Source of the DNA: Octopus sinensis
Lineage: Eukaryota
NCBI RefSeq assembly: GCF_006345805.1
Contig: NC_043002.1
Coordinates: 7,192,001 to 7,256,000 of the forward strand
DNA length: 64,000 bases
Reading direction: 5' to 3'
Positions 13,793 through 25,681 of the stretch are shown piece after piece (within the stretch, counting starts at the first letter, position 1; each line of letters begins with the position of its first letter). The notes beneath the pieces were generated by a model. That model searched no databases and was not told the origin of the DNA. It worked only from the letters and a program-made list of their open reading frames with translations. The position numbers and the translations under genes were made by a program.

Positions 13793-14903
13793 TACGGAGA
13801 TGTACTTGCATAGCGAGTGACATGATCTGAGATCGTGTGCTGGAACGAAAACAATTGCAGCGTGGAAGGTGTTTATAAGCCATTTAAGAAACACACAAAA
13901 ACCGTTAGATTCACTTCAACATTTAAATTTAATTTGTCAAAATATTTTCGTCGCTTTGAGACCGTGACCTGTTCACTGACAAAACTTCCTGCATCTCAGC
14001 ATATTGTTATATATATATATAAATTCTATCTTCTGGAATGCTATGGCAGCTTATTTGGTAATAACCCAAAATCTCAAGAAGGAAATCATAGTGTAATTAA
14101 TCTATGTAAAACGGGCAAAATTTAATTCAGTGATTCGTATTTCGGGATTTTAGCCGTTCAGCGAAGATGGATTTAGCACGTTGTCTCCCTTAACGTGAAT
14201 GACAATTCCGTTGAGAAAATTTATGCAATCAATTTCTTAAGTTAGCCATTACTGACGTCATTTACTGTTTGTATGTAGTGAAGGTCCATAAACTAATTCT
14301 TTATAACAGCAACACTCAACTATCCTGTTTCTTGGTGGCGGAATAAACCAGAAATGTTGTGCTTTCAACTCATCTTTGATCCCCTCGTGGCACGCCCGCG
14401 GTGTGTATATGTGGTCGCAGTAAGTGCGAATGGTTAAGAAACTTCAGGTTTAAACCCATTGCGCGTCCTATCGCGCAAATGTCATTTTGTTAAGTCTCGC
14501 ATGCAAAATATCAGCTCCAAAGACACGTTTCCGCTAAGAGATTCTGTATAACAATTGCATGTGTGTGTACTTAACACACACACAATACATGCAGACACAT
14601 AAGCATACTATTATTTCGTATGAGTTTCTAGAAGTTTGTTTGAAATAATAAGCTTCCTATAAGCAACTTTTTAGACTTTCGTCGTCTCATCTTCAGTATG
14701 AGGTGATATTATCGCATATTGGGGCTTCTTCATGGCTGATGCTATTGAAGCAGGGTTACTGTGAGAATGTAATTTTGTTTATGTGACTATTATTCATATT
14801 CAATACAATACATCAAAATGGAAAGGCTTCAACATTTTCGTTACAGAAACACTGAATTCATCGGTTTTATATTTGTTAAAAAAAAAAGGGCAAAATCTCT
14901 CAC

Positions 14904-15008
14904 CTTGAATATTTCCATTGTAACCAGTAGGAGCAACTTGGACTAATGGGGATACTCCAACGGGTGAACTGGAATAGATTTGACTCGAGCTGTAGGTAGT
15001 TGCTGGAG
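14904..15008 (-). CDS. Pax2/5/8: Internal coding exon (105 nt, phase 1 to 1): TPATTYSSSQIYSSSPVGVSPLVQVAPTGYNGNIQ
   Basis: Very strong acceptor tttgtttcctttctacttatttcag|CT and donor CAA G|gtgaga. Open frame with S/T/P/Y-rich content. Too short to appear in the ORF track. Confidence 0.8.
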
Positions 15009-15354
15009 CTGAAATAAGTAGAAAGGAAACAAAATATTTAGAATATAAATGTGTAATTTGTTTTCATTATCATAAATTACAGTTAATTATGAGTAAAACT
15101 AGATGCTCTTGCGACGTTTTGTATACAGCAAACCACTAATTAAATATTGACAATTTGATGAATATCAGATATTCCGACACATATATACACTTCTAAGAAA
15201 TTACATAATGAGTTTTAGAGTAGTGAATATTGACCAGTAGATTAGTGAAATCTGAGTTTTAAATCAGATCATATTTAGCTTTAAATCAAGAAATGTCTAT
15301 CTTTCAAGAAGGAGATAAAGAAATACTATGCAGAAAATATGGGGCTTTGGACCA

Positions 15355-15460
15355 GAGAATGTTTGAGCTTTAGATAAGAAAACGTTGAGCTTTAGATAAG
15401 AGAACATGAGGTTGAGATAAGAGAATATTTGGTTTTAGATCGAGAAATGAAAATTTAGAT
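15355..15460. repeat. Short degenerate minisatellite, unit about 21-22 bp (gttgagctttagataagaaaac-like)
   Basis: Four to five diverging copies of ttgagctttagataag-like sequence. Confidence 0.65.
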
Positions 15461-16790
15461 GAAAATTTACTAGTCCAATGGACTTTGGATTAGTAAATTT
15501 TCAGCTTCATAAAAGATCAGGGAATGTTGAGCTTCAAATCGGTGAAAGGAGAGACCACCATCAAAAATATGTTAGAACCATACTATGATACAAGAAATAT
15601 CTAGACAAGGAAGCCTGCACGTAACCGGCCAACCTGCCAAAAATAGCAGCCAAGTCTTCCTCCAATCACATCGTACTTCTCTTGAAAAAACATCAGGCTG
15701 GATAATGTAGTTTAAGACTAAACAGCCATAAAAAGAAAACCTATTAGAAGTATATGCATAATATTTGTTATGTCGTATGAAGAAACGGGAAAGAATGATC
15801 TGTCTTGAGATTACTGATACCCCGAATAAGGAATATTTTGCTAATAACAAATTTGTAACCGAATCAACATGAATACTGGTACTTTGTTTTCTTTCGAGGA
15901 TAGTACAACGTATATGATACTCATTTGGCTTATCACTTTATAAATTAGAAGTTGAGCGATGTAAAGACAAACAAAACACCGACAGTCGGCTCTAAAAGCA
16001 ACAAAACCTTGGGGTTATGCAACATACAGGCGTCTTCATATCGGCTGCGTTTGTATTGTTATCGAGTGGTACGCATCAACCACATGCCGGTGCACTTACA
16101 ATCAAGATGTGTCGAATAAGTGTCTCAGTTTAATGATACATTGTTTCCTAACTTATCTAAACAATGATATCCCTACTGACTGACTCGTTGGCTGGCTGGT
16201 AGCCTGGCTTCTAGGTTTGTCTGTCTCACTGCTTCTCCCTCTTCGTTGCTTGTGTCTGTCTGGTCGCAGGATTTCTTCGCTTTTATTCTTTAGCTTAATT
16301 TTTTGAAATTTTTGTTATCGTTTGTGTTGATTCGTATAATTCAAATTATTCCCAAGTTATCTGTCAACGGGGACGAAAGAACTCACCTATGAGAGGAAAT
16401 ACCTCTCTGTCTCTCTCACCACAAATACACATAGTTCTTTCACTTACTCCCACCCCTTCTCTCCCTCTCTCTCTGCGAAATGAATATTTCTTGCCGTCAT
16501 TTTCTTTGCCTCCAACATATCTAAGTATTTCTTCAGCAATCGAGATACTTGACAGAAATAAAATATATGTGACGAAGAATTGAAAGTCTGCTAATGATGA
16601 TTATATTGCTAACGACTTAAATTTTTTTTAAAACAAGATGTCGATGAGAAAATTTTGTGTTGAAACAAGAGAATGGTGAGACAGTACTGAATGGTAAAAA
16701 TACATTAGTTAAGAGAGGAGGGAGAGAGAGAGAGAGAGGAGAGAGAGAAGGAGAGAGAGAGAGAGAGACAAGGGGGAGAAAAGAATAACG

Positions 16791-16824
<34 letters not shown>

Positions 16825-17529
16825 CATACGTACACGTATGTATATAATATTCGTATGTTTGTAATATGTGTGAGTGTGTGTGCATGCATACATACATGCA
16901 TACATACATACACGCGCACACACATTGTGAATAGGAGAATAAAAGAATTGAGAGGAGAGAACAGAGAAGAAGATGGAGAAAAGTGTTTTGGTAGACGATA
17001 GAGAGAGGGAGGATGTCGTAAAGAGAGAGTGAGTGACTGAGTGAGAGCCTTTTCTAGTCGGAGGAGAGGAAAACAAATCGAGGGTAAATAAGACAAATTA
17101 CTGTAATTATCAGAAAGAAATAGTTTTTTGAGAAGGATTTGGATTCTCCTGTTCTTGGCTGCAAATAAGCGTCAAAAAACAAAAATTCTGAAATTCTTCA
17201 GCCAGTCTCGGAAGTATAGTCGAGTCATGTTGGAAGTAATATGATAAATAGAAAAATAAAATAAAAAAATGTATACAAAAAAAAATAAAATAAGAAGTTT
17301 TATACTTTATCCCAGTTTACAAATTCTAAATATTGTTTGGCAGAAAAGATTTACACAAAACATTTCAATGTTTTGTAATTGTTATGGAAAATAACTTACA
17401 CTAGAAAAAAAAAAAAAAAAAACAGAAGAAAGAAAAAATGGGAAATAAAAGGGATGAGAAGGGAATTCCTCAGAAGAAAATAATAGGTAATGGGAGAAGG
17501 ACTGAAGTAAAACATTTGGGTTCACGAAT

Positions 17530-17693
17530 AGCATGGGTTGGCTGTGTGGTAAGTAGCTTGCTAACCAACCACATGGTTCCGGGTTCAGTCCCACTGCGTG
17601 GCATCTTGGGCAAGTGTCTTCTGCTATAGCCCCGGGCCGACCAATGCCTTGTGAGTGGATTTGGTAGACGGAAACCGAAAGAAGCCTGTCGTA

Positions 17694-17724
<31 letters not shown>

Positions 17725-17940
17725 TGTGTGTGTGTGTTTGTGTGTCTGTGTTTGTCCCCCTAGCATTGCTTGACAACCGATGCTGGTGTGTTTACGTCCC
17801 CGTCACTTAGCGGTTCGGCAAAAGAGACCGATAGAATGAGTACTGGGCTTACAAAAGAATAAGTTCCGGGGTCGAGTTGCTCGATTAAAGGCGGTGCTCC
17901 AGCATGGCCGCAGTCAAATGACTGAAACAAGTAAAGGAGT
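17530..17940 (+). mobile_element. Near full-length tRNA-derived SINE with CORE-like centre, internal (TA)/(TG) tract and LINE-like tail
   Basis: A-box-like tggctgtgtgg and B-box-like gggttcagtcc. Contains the CORE-like motif tcttgggcaagtgtctt. A second copy of the 5' half lies at about 10215-10384 (-), and a tail remnant at about 24580-24730 (-). Confidence 0.8.
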
Positions 17941-17959
17941 ATATATATATTGTACAGAC

Positions 17960-18125
17960 AAACGGATTAAGTCGATTATATCGACCCCAGTGCGTAACTG
18001 GTACTTATTTAATCGGCCCCGAAAGGATGAAAGGCAAAGTCGACCGCGGCGGAATTTGAACTCAGAACGTAGCGGCAGACGAAATGCGGCTTAGCATTTC
18101 GCCTGGCGTACTAACGTTTCTGCCA
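17960..18125 (-). mobile_element. Meta-like SINE monomer abutting the tail of the CORE-like SINE
   Basis: acggattaagtcgattatatcgaccccagtgcgtaactggtac...gaaaggatgaaaggcaaagtcgac...ggaatttgaactcagaacg. Confidence 0.82.
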
Positions 18126-19945
18126 ACTTCCCGCTTTAGTCATTAAAATAATGACCGCTCTTATCACAGTCGAGATAATTTGAGGGGATTGAAATTTCTT
18201 GGCTCAAATAACGTTTCAGTGTGTTAGCGTCTTTTCATGCAGAAGGCGTCCCTCATTATTGTCACCCGTACTGCATTCATTATGCTAACTTCTCAATAGC
18301 TTTATCAGTTTGACTGTAAAACTATACTGCTTAGTGGCTTCGATGACTTACATGAGCAGCGAAATGTCCGCAAAGAACTGAAGACTTTAACTAAACTTAC
18401 TCGAGTGTATCATTCACTAAAGTCCACTTCTCCAGTGGTGCCAAACGAAACAGGCAACAATGGATTAGAGGATATTACAATTCGAAATATAAGCATTATG
18501 TAAATACAGCAATCCAAAATTAATTACTACATTTCATTGAAATTAATCTAAATAGCTCACTGCTATTTTCAATCCTGAAATTGCACAAACACCCACACCC
18601 ACAAACTATATATATATATATATATACATACACACAAACACTCAATTACATTCCCACTAAAGAGAAATTGCTGCTGGGTGGTCGTGGGGATGGCAACAAT
18701 ATTGGACATTTGTCAAAAACCTATTATGGATCCATTTCGAAATGAATTCGATCAAACCAAACTAATCAGTAGAACTCCGCCTATTCAACAATTAAAACCC
18801 ATTCCATCAATTAGATTACACTGCCATTTCATTAGAATTCTTCATATAATCAAGAAAAAATCCGATTAACAAAAATCTCCACAACCCATCCTTTCTACTT
18901 GTAAACATCTTCATCCATTCTCGAGTTACATGGGGCTTTCAAGCAGAACTAACGATATTAAATTTGTCAATGATAGAAGTTACCAATGCAGAAAACAATC
19001 TCAAAACTATTATGAAAGTAAATAAACAAACAATGAAAAAACAATAAACAAAATAAATATTATATAAATACGTAATGGTTCAGATTGCACTAACAAAGGA
19101 CAGGGGTAGTGGTGATAGTGCGAGTAGAGTTAGAATGTTAGGCTAACGCATTATACTGCTTATTTATTTCCTCTCTGTTCAAGTCCCACCAAGGCTGTTC
19201 GTTTTTCAGTCTTTTTATTGTCATTCCTTTAGGTCGAAGGGACAAATACCGGAAATGCAGTCGTTTTGATTAAATTGAATGAATTCACTCATCTTACAAC
19301 AATCGGTTAGGTATATTGTCAAAATAATCAATCGTCCTAAAATTTAAAAGGAAAACTGTCCAGTGATTCACCAATTAGTTTCAATATTAATTTGCTTATC
19401 AGTTTCTTCTTTCTGAGCCAGCAAAGAGAAACATCCAGGATAAAAAAGGCCATCAGTCTTTCCAAGTTCAGTGGTGCAGAAATGGTTAGTAAGCAATCAA
19501 AGAACTTTTTTGCAGTTGCCAGTATTAAAATGCGTATTAGCATTTCTTAACAGATTTACTCTGCTGGCGTCATTACAAACAACAAAAAATGACGAACGTG
19601 GCGATATATTCGTGTATGAAAACAATAATCGCGCTATTGTTATCAATAATGAAACTAAAATACTTCTCTCTTACGTTCTCTAGGGATGAACATTTAAAAA
19701 TGTTTTGTTTTTTTAAAACAAAGCATCAGAAAATAAGAAGATCCAGTTTCTTTAGCTTGTATATTTTTCATATATTATCTTTAAAGAAATAGCCTTATTC
19801 ACACTTTTTTTATCTTTTCTTTAATAATACCGTAAGCATCAAAAGGCTCCAAACATACACACACACAAACAATATATATATATATATCGAAATATCGTGT
19901 ACATTAAAACACATCAAGAGGCTTCCAAATAGGAAAGCCTTGTGC

Positions 19946-19964
19946 TAGAAAACTGGTATTTGTG

Positions 19965-19996
<32 letters not shown>

Positions 19997-20017
19997 AGCA
20001 CAAATACCAGTTTTCTA
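19946..20017. repeat. Perfect 25-bp inverted repeat around (TA)n
   Basis: tagaaaactggtatttgtgcttata-(TA)n-tataagcacaaataccagttttcta. Confidence 0.95.
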
Positions 20018-20972
20018 ATTTATAGTTTGGATAAATTTCGGTTATATAATTTCAAGGTATTTTCTGATCAAACTTGTAATATGCAATGCAAAGAAGACAA
20101 CTGAAGAGAAAAACAGAAATAAACGAGTATAAACGACATAAAAGTTTAGAATAAAAGAGTAAACTTAAACATGAAATGGGACCGATGAAATGCGAGAGAG
20201 TATAAAAATTCGGAACCAGAATGCTTGTTTGTTCTTGCTGTAGCTATACATTTCCCCAACACCCACACTTCTGCATTGCTTGAAAAGTCTCGGCTTCATT
20301 TTTTTGTCTTACATTAAGCATATTTTAACCGAGTCTGAGGCTCCAGATAGGAAAAAAAATATCACTAAACAGATAAACATTTACGTTTCATGCATTCAGA
20401 AAAAATATGCAGGGGCCATTATTTCCTGTACATTTAAGAGGATTTCAATTTATGCATTTATTTTAAGGTTGAACGTGTTAAAACTGTGTCTTCGAAATTT
20501 ACATTTCTACTGCTTATTAACCTCTGACACAACAATTCTAAAGCACAGAAGTAGTGAAAGAGAAATTGTTAAATTCTTGAATTTCGAAAGAAATTATATC
20601 AGTTCATAGCGTCTCTTACCAAATAAACTGAAGAAAGCAACAACTAAATAAATATACACAAAAGAAGGAATTGGTATGATTGGTGTAGAAAGATTGTTCT
20701 TTCGTTGTCACTGCTGTTTCGTTTCTCTTCTTCAGACAAATTGTAACAATAGAATATTACAAATGTTTTGACAAATGTTGAAACACAGACACACTTACAT
20801 ACATGCATATGTACATATATACATAGAGAGAGTGGGGTGGAGAAAGAGAGGTTTCATTACAAATGAAAGTATGCTGTCATATTCATCACAACATTACATA
20901 TGTTTGGTTGAAGCAGCTCCCTACTTTCTGTACAATAATTTTGTCTCACTTTGCAACTACGTCTGTAACTAA

Positions 20973-21231
20973 ATGCCAATATTACAAAATATACAATTAC
21001 AAAATAGATACCTGAGACCACACTGAATTTCGTAGTCCAACATTTTCAAAACCCGGTAAGTATGTATGTATGCATGCATGCATATATATATATATATATA
21101 TACACACATGCATACATACATACACACACACATATATATATATGCATGCATGCATAGTGAGTTTTGAAAATATTGAACTATGGAATTCAGTGCGGTCTCA
21201 GGTATGTACTTTGTAATTGTATATTTTGGCA
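20973..21231. repeat. Imperfect inverted repeat with ~100-bp arms around a TA/CA microsatellite
   Basis: atatacaattacaaaatagatacctgagaccacactgaatttcgtagtccaacattttcaaaac is mirrored by gttttgaaaatattgaactatggaattcagtgcggtctcaggtatgtactttgtaattgtatat. Confidence 0.88.
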
Positions 21232-22079
21232 TATCATATATATATATATATATGTATATATACATGCATATACAAGGGATTGTGTGTATATAATATATAT
21301 AAATAGCACAAAAGAAAATATATATAATATACATATATTTTATATAACACACACACACACATACATAGATACATACATACATACTTAGTTATCAAATGAA
21401 GGATTTTTCTTTTTTAAAAAACAACAAATCATGCAACCCAAGCTAAATGCTTTAGTCTTTTCTTCACGTAAACCGAGCTCACATGCAAACGAGTCAAAAA
21501 TTAATCAATTCTCAAAGACATGCTTGTGACGGAAGAAAACAGCAGAAAAGAAAAAAATATATATATATAATACAACAGACGGTATAAGAAAATTTCTCAT
21601 TACTCTTTGTCTTCAGTTACGAACGTTGTTTCGGTTTTCAAAGTAAGAGGCAGATATTTCCCTTTTAGTACAATGAAAGTTACTTAAACTATGTCATTCA
21701 CCCACCCACTGAACAATATCTCAGCAGTAACTTGCTGAAATAAATAACATTTCCTGGTATTACAAGAGGAATCTAAGATATTCATATTATAATACTTGTT
21801 ATTTCTATTACCCTTGTTGCAATTCTTTCAAAATCTGAAAAGTGGTCTAGTTAACTCATTCAACAACTCAGAAGCTTAAAGCAAACTTGATATTTAGTTG
21901 GGTTTTTTTTTTTCTTGTAATGGTTACCTTAATTCTTTGACGCCACTTGTTTAACTTCACAAAGATGAACAACAGTCAATCACGAATTTGAATTTGTCAA
22001 TATGTCTTTCAACTGTTATCCAAGTCAACAATAAGTCTAATTCCTGAGCCGCTTATTTTTTTTTCTACATAGCTTTACA

Positions 22080-22156
22080 TACACACACACACATATATAT
22101 AATATATATCATATACATATATTATGTATATATATATATTATATATATTATATAGA

Positions 22157-22188
<32 letters not shown>

Positions 22189-22349
22189 TGTATATATACA
22201 ATATATTATATTGTAATATACAATATAATATATTGTATATATACAATATAATATATTGTATATATAATATATATCATATACATATATATTATGTATATAT
22301 ATATATATATATATATGTTATAATACAATATATATATAATTGTATATAT

Positions 22350-22385
<36 letters not shown>

Positions 22386-22619
22386 ATATATATATATATA
22401 TACACAATAATATATATATATTTATTATTATACAATATATTATATATTGTATATATACAATATATATATATTGTATATATACAATATATATATATATATA
22501 TACAATATTATATATATATTGTATACATACAATATATATATATTGTATATATCAATAATATAATATATACAATATATATATATATAGACAATATATATAT
22601 ATAATATATATATATATAT

Positions 22620-22668
<49 letters not shown>

Positions 22669-22669
22669 C

Positions 22670-22734
<65 letters not shown>

Positions 22735-22904
22735 TATATATATATATACAATATATATATTATATATTATATATATATACAATATATATATATACATAGA
22801 TATAATACAATATATATATTATATATACAATATATATAACTTATACAATATATATATATATATATATACATAATATATATATATACAATATATATATATA
22901 TATA

Positions 22905-22955
<51 letters not shown>

Positions 22956-23136
22956 ATATATATACAATATATATATATATCATATATATATACAATATAT
23001 ATATATATATACAATATATATATATATACAATATATATACAATATATATATATATACAATATATATATATATATATATATATATCAATATATATATATAT
23101 ATATATATATACAATATATATCTATATATATATATA

Positions 23137-23203
<67 letters not shown>

Positions 23204-23411
23204 CAATAATATATATATACATATATATATATACAATATATTATTATATTATATATATATATATCCAATATAATATATACATATATATATATACAATAAT
23301 ATATATATATATACAATATATATATATATATACACAATATAATATATATATATATATATACAATATATATATATATATATACACATATATATATATATAT
23401 ATACAATAATA

Positions 23412-23442
<31 letters not shown>

Positions 23443-23636
23443 CAATATATCTATATATTATATATACATATATATATATATACAATATATATAATATATA
23501 TATATATATACAAATTATTATATATATATATACAATATATATATATATATATACAATATATATATATATATATATACAATATATATATATATATATATAC
23601 AATATATATATATATATATATAATATACAAATATAT

Positions 23637-23671
<35 letters not shown>

Positions 23672-23690
23672 CATATATACACACACACGT
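22080..23690. repeat. ~1.6-kb compound (TA)n tract punctuated by CAA (unit approximately CAA(TA)n)
   Basis: Directly visible. Source of the many YI-repeat pseudo-ORFs in the track. Confidence 0.97.
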
Positions 23691-23882
23691 AATTATAAAT
23701 GAGTGAAATTTGATCTTGAATTATTTTCGCGAACTCTAGAACCTACTACTGAAATCTAAATAAAAAAGTGGGGTAGATAAAGCATCACTTATTTTCATAA
23801 TGTAAATGGTGTTAGTGTTAGTTCCTCTCTTGCATCAGCGCGCAAGCAAATGCAAACCCGGAAGGTTAAAGACATCTCTTAC

Positions 23883-24089
23883 TTGTGAATTGTCCGAATG
23901 AAGGCAAGCGTTGTTGTGGATAAGAGTGCACAGGTTTCAGTTCAGTCAAGTTGCTAGAAACCACGGAACCCGAGGGGGAGCCAGTGGTTTCAATGTTGGA
24001 ACCATTCCTTCTGTTCAGTTGCTGCTTGGATGAAGACTGTGTTGCTGTGAGAGTGTTCGTGGAATTGCCGCCGTTACCACCACTATTGA
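23883..24089 (-). CDS. Pax2/5/8: Internal coding exon (207 nt, phase 1 to 1): VNSGGNGGNSTNTLTATQSSSKQQLNRRNGSNIETTGSPSGSVVSSNLTELKPVHSYPQQRLPSFGQFT
   Basis: Lies inside ORF 23866..24108. Acceptor ttttgacaacag|TC and donor ACA A|gtaaga. Phase matches both neighbouring exons. LTELKPV and LPSFGQF resemble invertebrate Pax2/5/8 C-terminal motifs (recalled). Confidence 0.82.
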
Positions 24090-25401
24090 CTGTTGTCAAA
24101 AGTGACAAAGCATGCCATGCAAAAAAAGCAGGTATCTTACATGCAGTGCAGAAAGAGTTTCATAGCCATATCAGAACAAGATTTTACTTACAAAAAACAT
24201 ATGAAAAACATATATAAATATATGTAAAAAGACGTTTTGCATCATAATTCAGTCCAAAATATTTCACCACATAAGAAAATATCTTATAATTCCAGCAGAT
24301 AGTTGAATTTATTAAATAGATTTTAAATTCATCATTTCATAGTTTGTACCTATGTAAAACTAATGTCAATATCATGTATCCTCACTCGACGTATTGACTT
24401 AAAAATCATTCCAGAGCTGAATTTATCTTCGACCACCAAGACACCAAACTGTTGTGTTGTTATTTTTCCTATACTCGTTGGTAGTTAACTCTTTCTATAC
24501 ATATTTATAAGCTTTATCAATTTATTTATCAATAAAATATTTTGAAATACCAATTTGAATATATTATTCTGTATTCTTTCACTTGTTTGAGTCACTGGAC
24601 TGTAGCTATACTGGAGCGCCGCCATGAACAGTTTATTCGAACAAATCGACCCCAGTTTTTATTCTGTTTAAGTTTAGTGCTTACTTTATCAGTTTCTTTT
24701 GCGGAACCGCTATGCTACGAGAACGTCTAGTGGTATGTGTGCAAAAACAAACACTCACACAGTTTTGCCTTTTCCAAATTTCCTGGATCTGCAATAGAAG
24801 ACACACACACAACACACACCCGTATATATACACATACTTACATACATACATACATTATACTCTTGCAAGGGAACATAAAACCGTCTATATACTCGAAATT
24901 CTCAATAGTACCATGTTATAAATTTTCAAAATACTTACATGCAACACACACTCACACATTATTGCGTTGGAGTACTAGTTGTCATTTAGTCCTCTAGATA
25001 TCTCTTCCCCAGCAAACCTTTGCTCAAGGACATTAATACCATGGCATACCGTCTTCCATTCAAGCAGGGTGTGTTTCGTTCCACATTAATCCATGTGTTC
25101 TTCTTTTTCTAAGATAATTTAGTGCAATTTGAGAAATATTTGGCTTTATTTTTACCAACCACGCAAACCTTCTCCTGTCGGCTCATATTGTAGTAATTTG
25201 TAAATTGTTATTCAACAGTTATATATGCGTAAATTAAAACACATTATCCATCTTGTAAATAGCTATGTATGCCGGCTTATGACAACAGTGAACTGAACGA
25301 ACAGTTATGAGAACCGAAAAATTTACCCCAAAATTAGAATACATTTCTGCAAGTTTCACTTCGCGGCAGTGCTACATATGCTATTTAGCTATTAAATATT
25401 C

Positions 25402-25681
25402 ACTCCTGCTCCAGAGCGTCGGCTGCGGGGTCATTCCGAAAAGCTCTACCTGCCACGATTTCATCTCAATCGAAGGAGAGGAGCTTTCTCCGTCCGGGTT
25501 GCGGATCCGTGGAACAAGCTGCCAGACGAGATGGTGAAGATGCCGACGACCGCTTTGTTCAAAGTCTCCCTTGACCTCAAGTGGCCTGAACTCTTTACAT
25601 GAACACCACCCTGTACTTAACTCCGTGTCCCCCTACATGGCCTTGCTTTTTGCTTTTGAGCCAAAAAATTAACTAACTAAC
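25402..25681 (+). mobile_element. 5'-truncated CR1-clade LINE 3' end (ORF2 C-terminus, 3' UTR, (TAAC)n tail)
   Basis: 25402-25602 translates stop-free as TPAPERRLRGHSEKLYLPRFHLNRRRGAFSVRVADPWNKLPDEMVKMPTTALFKVSLDLKWPELFT*. This matches the CR1 RGH..KL / FS.RV...WN.LP / FK..LD signature. It ends in aattaactaactaac. Confidence 0.88.

Noticed and set aside
18310-18505. Plus-strand open frame of about 60 codons and two GTAAGT donors on the minus strand
   Set aside because: The implied exons are 26-29 nt, are not phase 1-to-1, and show no homology. Compatible with chance.
19340-19490. Frame reading NHFCTTELGKTDGLFYPGCFSLLAQKEETDKQINIETNW
   Set aside because: An in-frame stop lies just upstream with no usable AG acceptor, and the phase does not fit the neighbouring exons.
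22188-23686. Long YI/IY-repeat ORFs, and similar ORFs at 6357-6632, 48666-49150, 52412-52912 and 59787-60623
   Set aside because: They are translations of (TA)n, (CA)n and (ATAG)n microsatellites, which lack stops in some frames.
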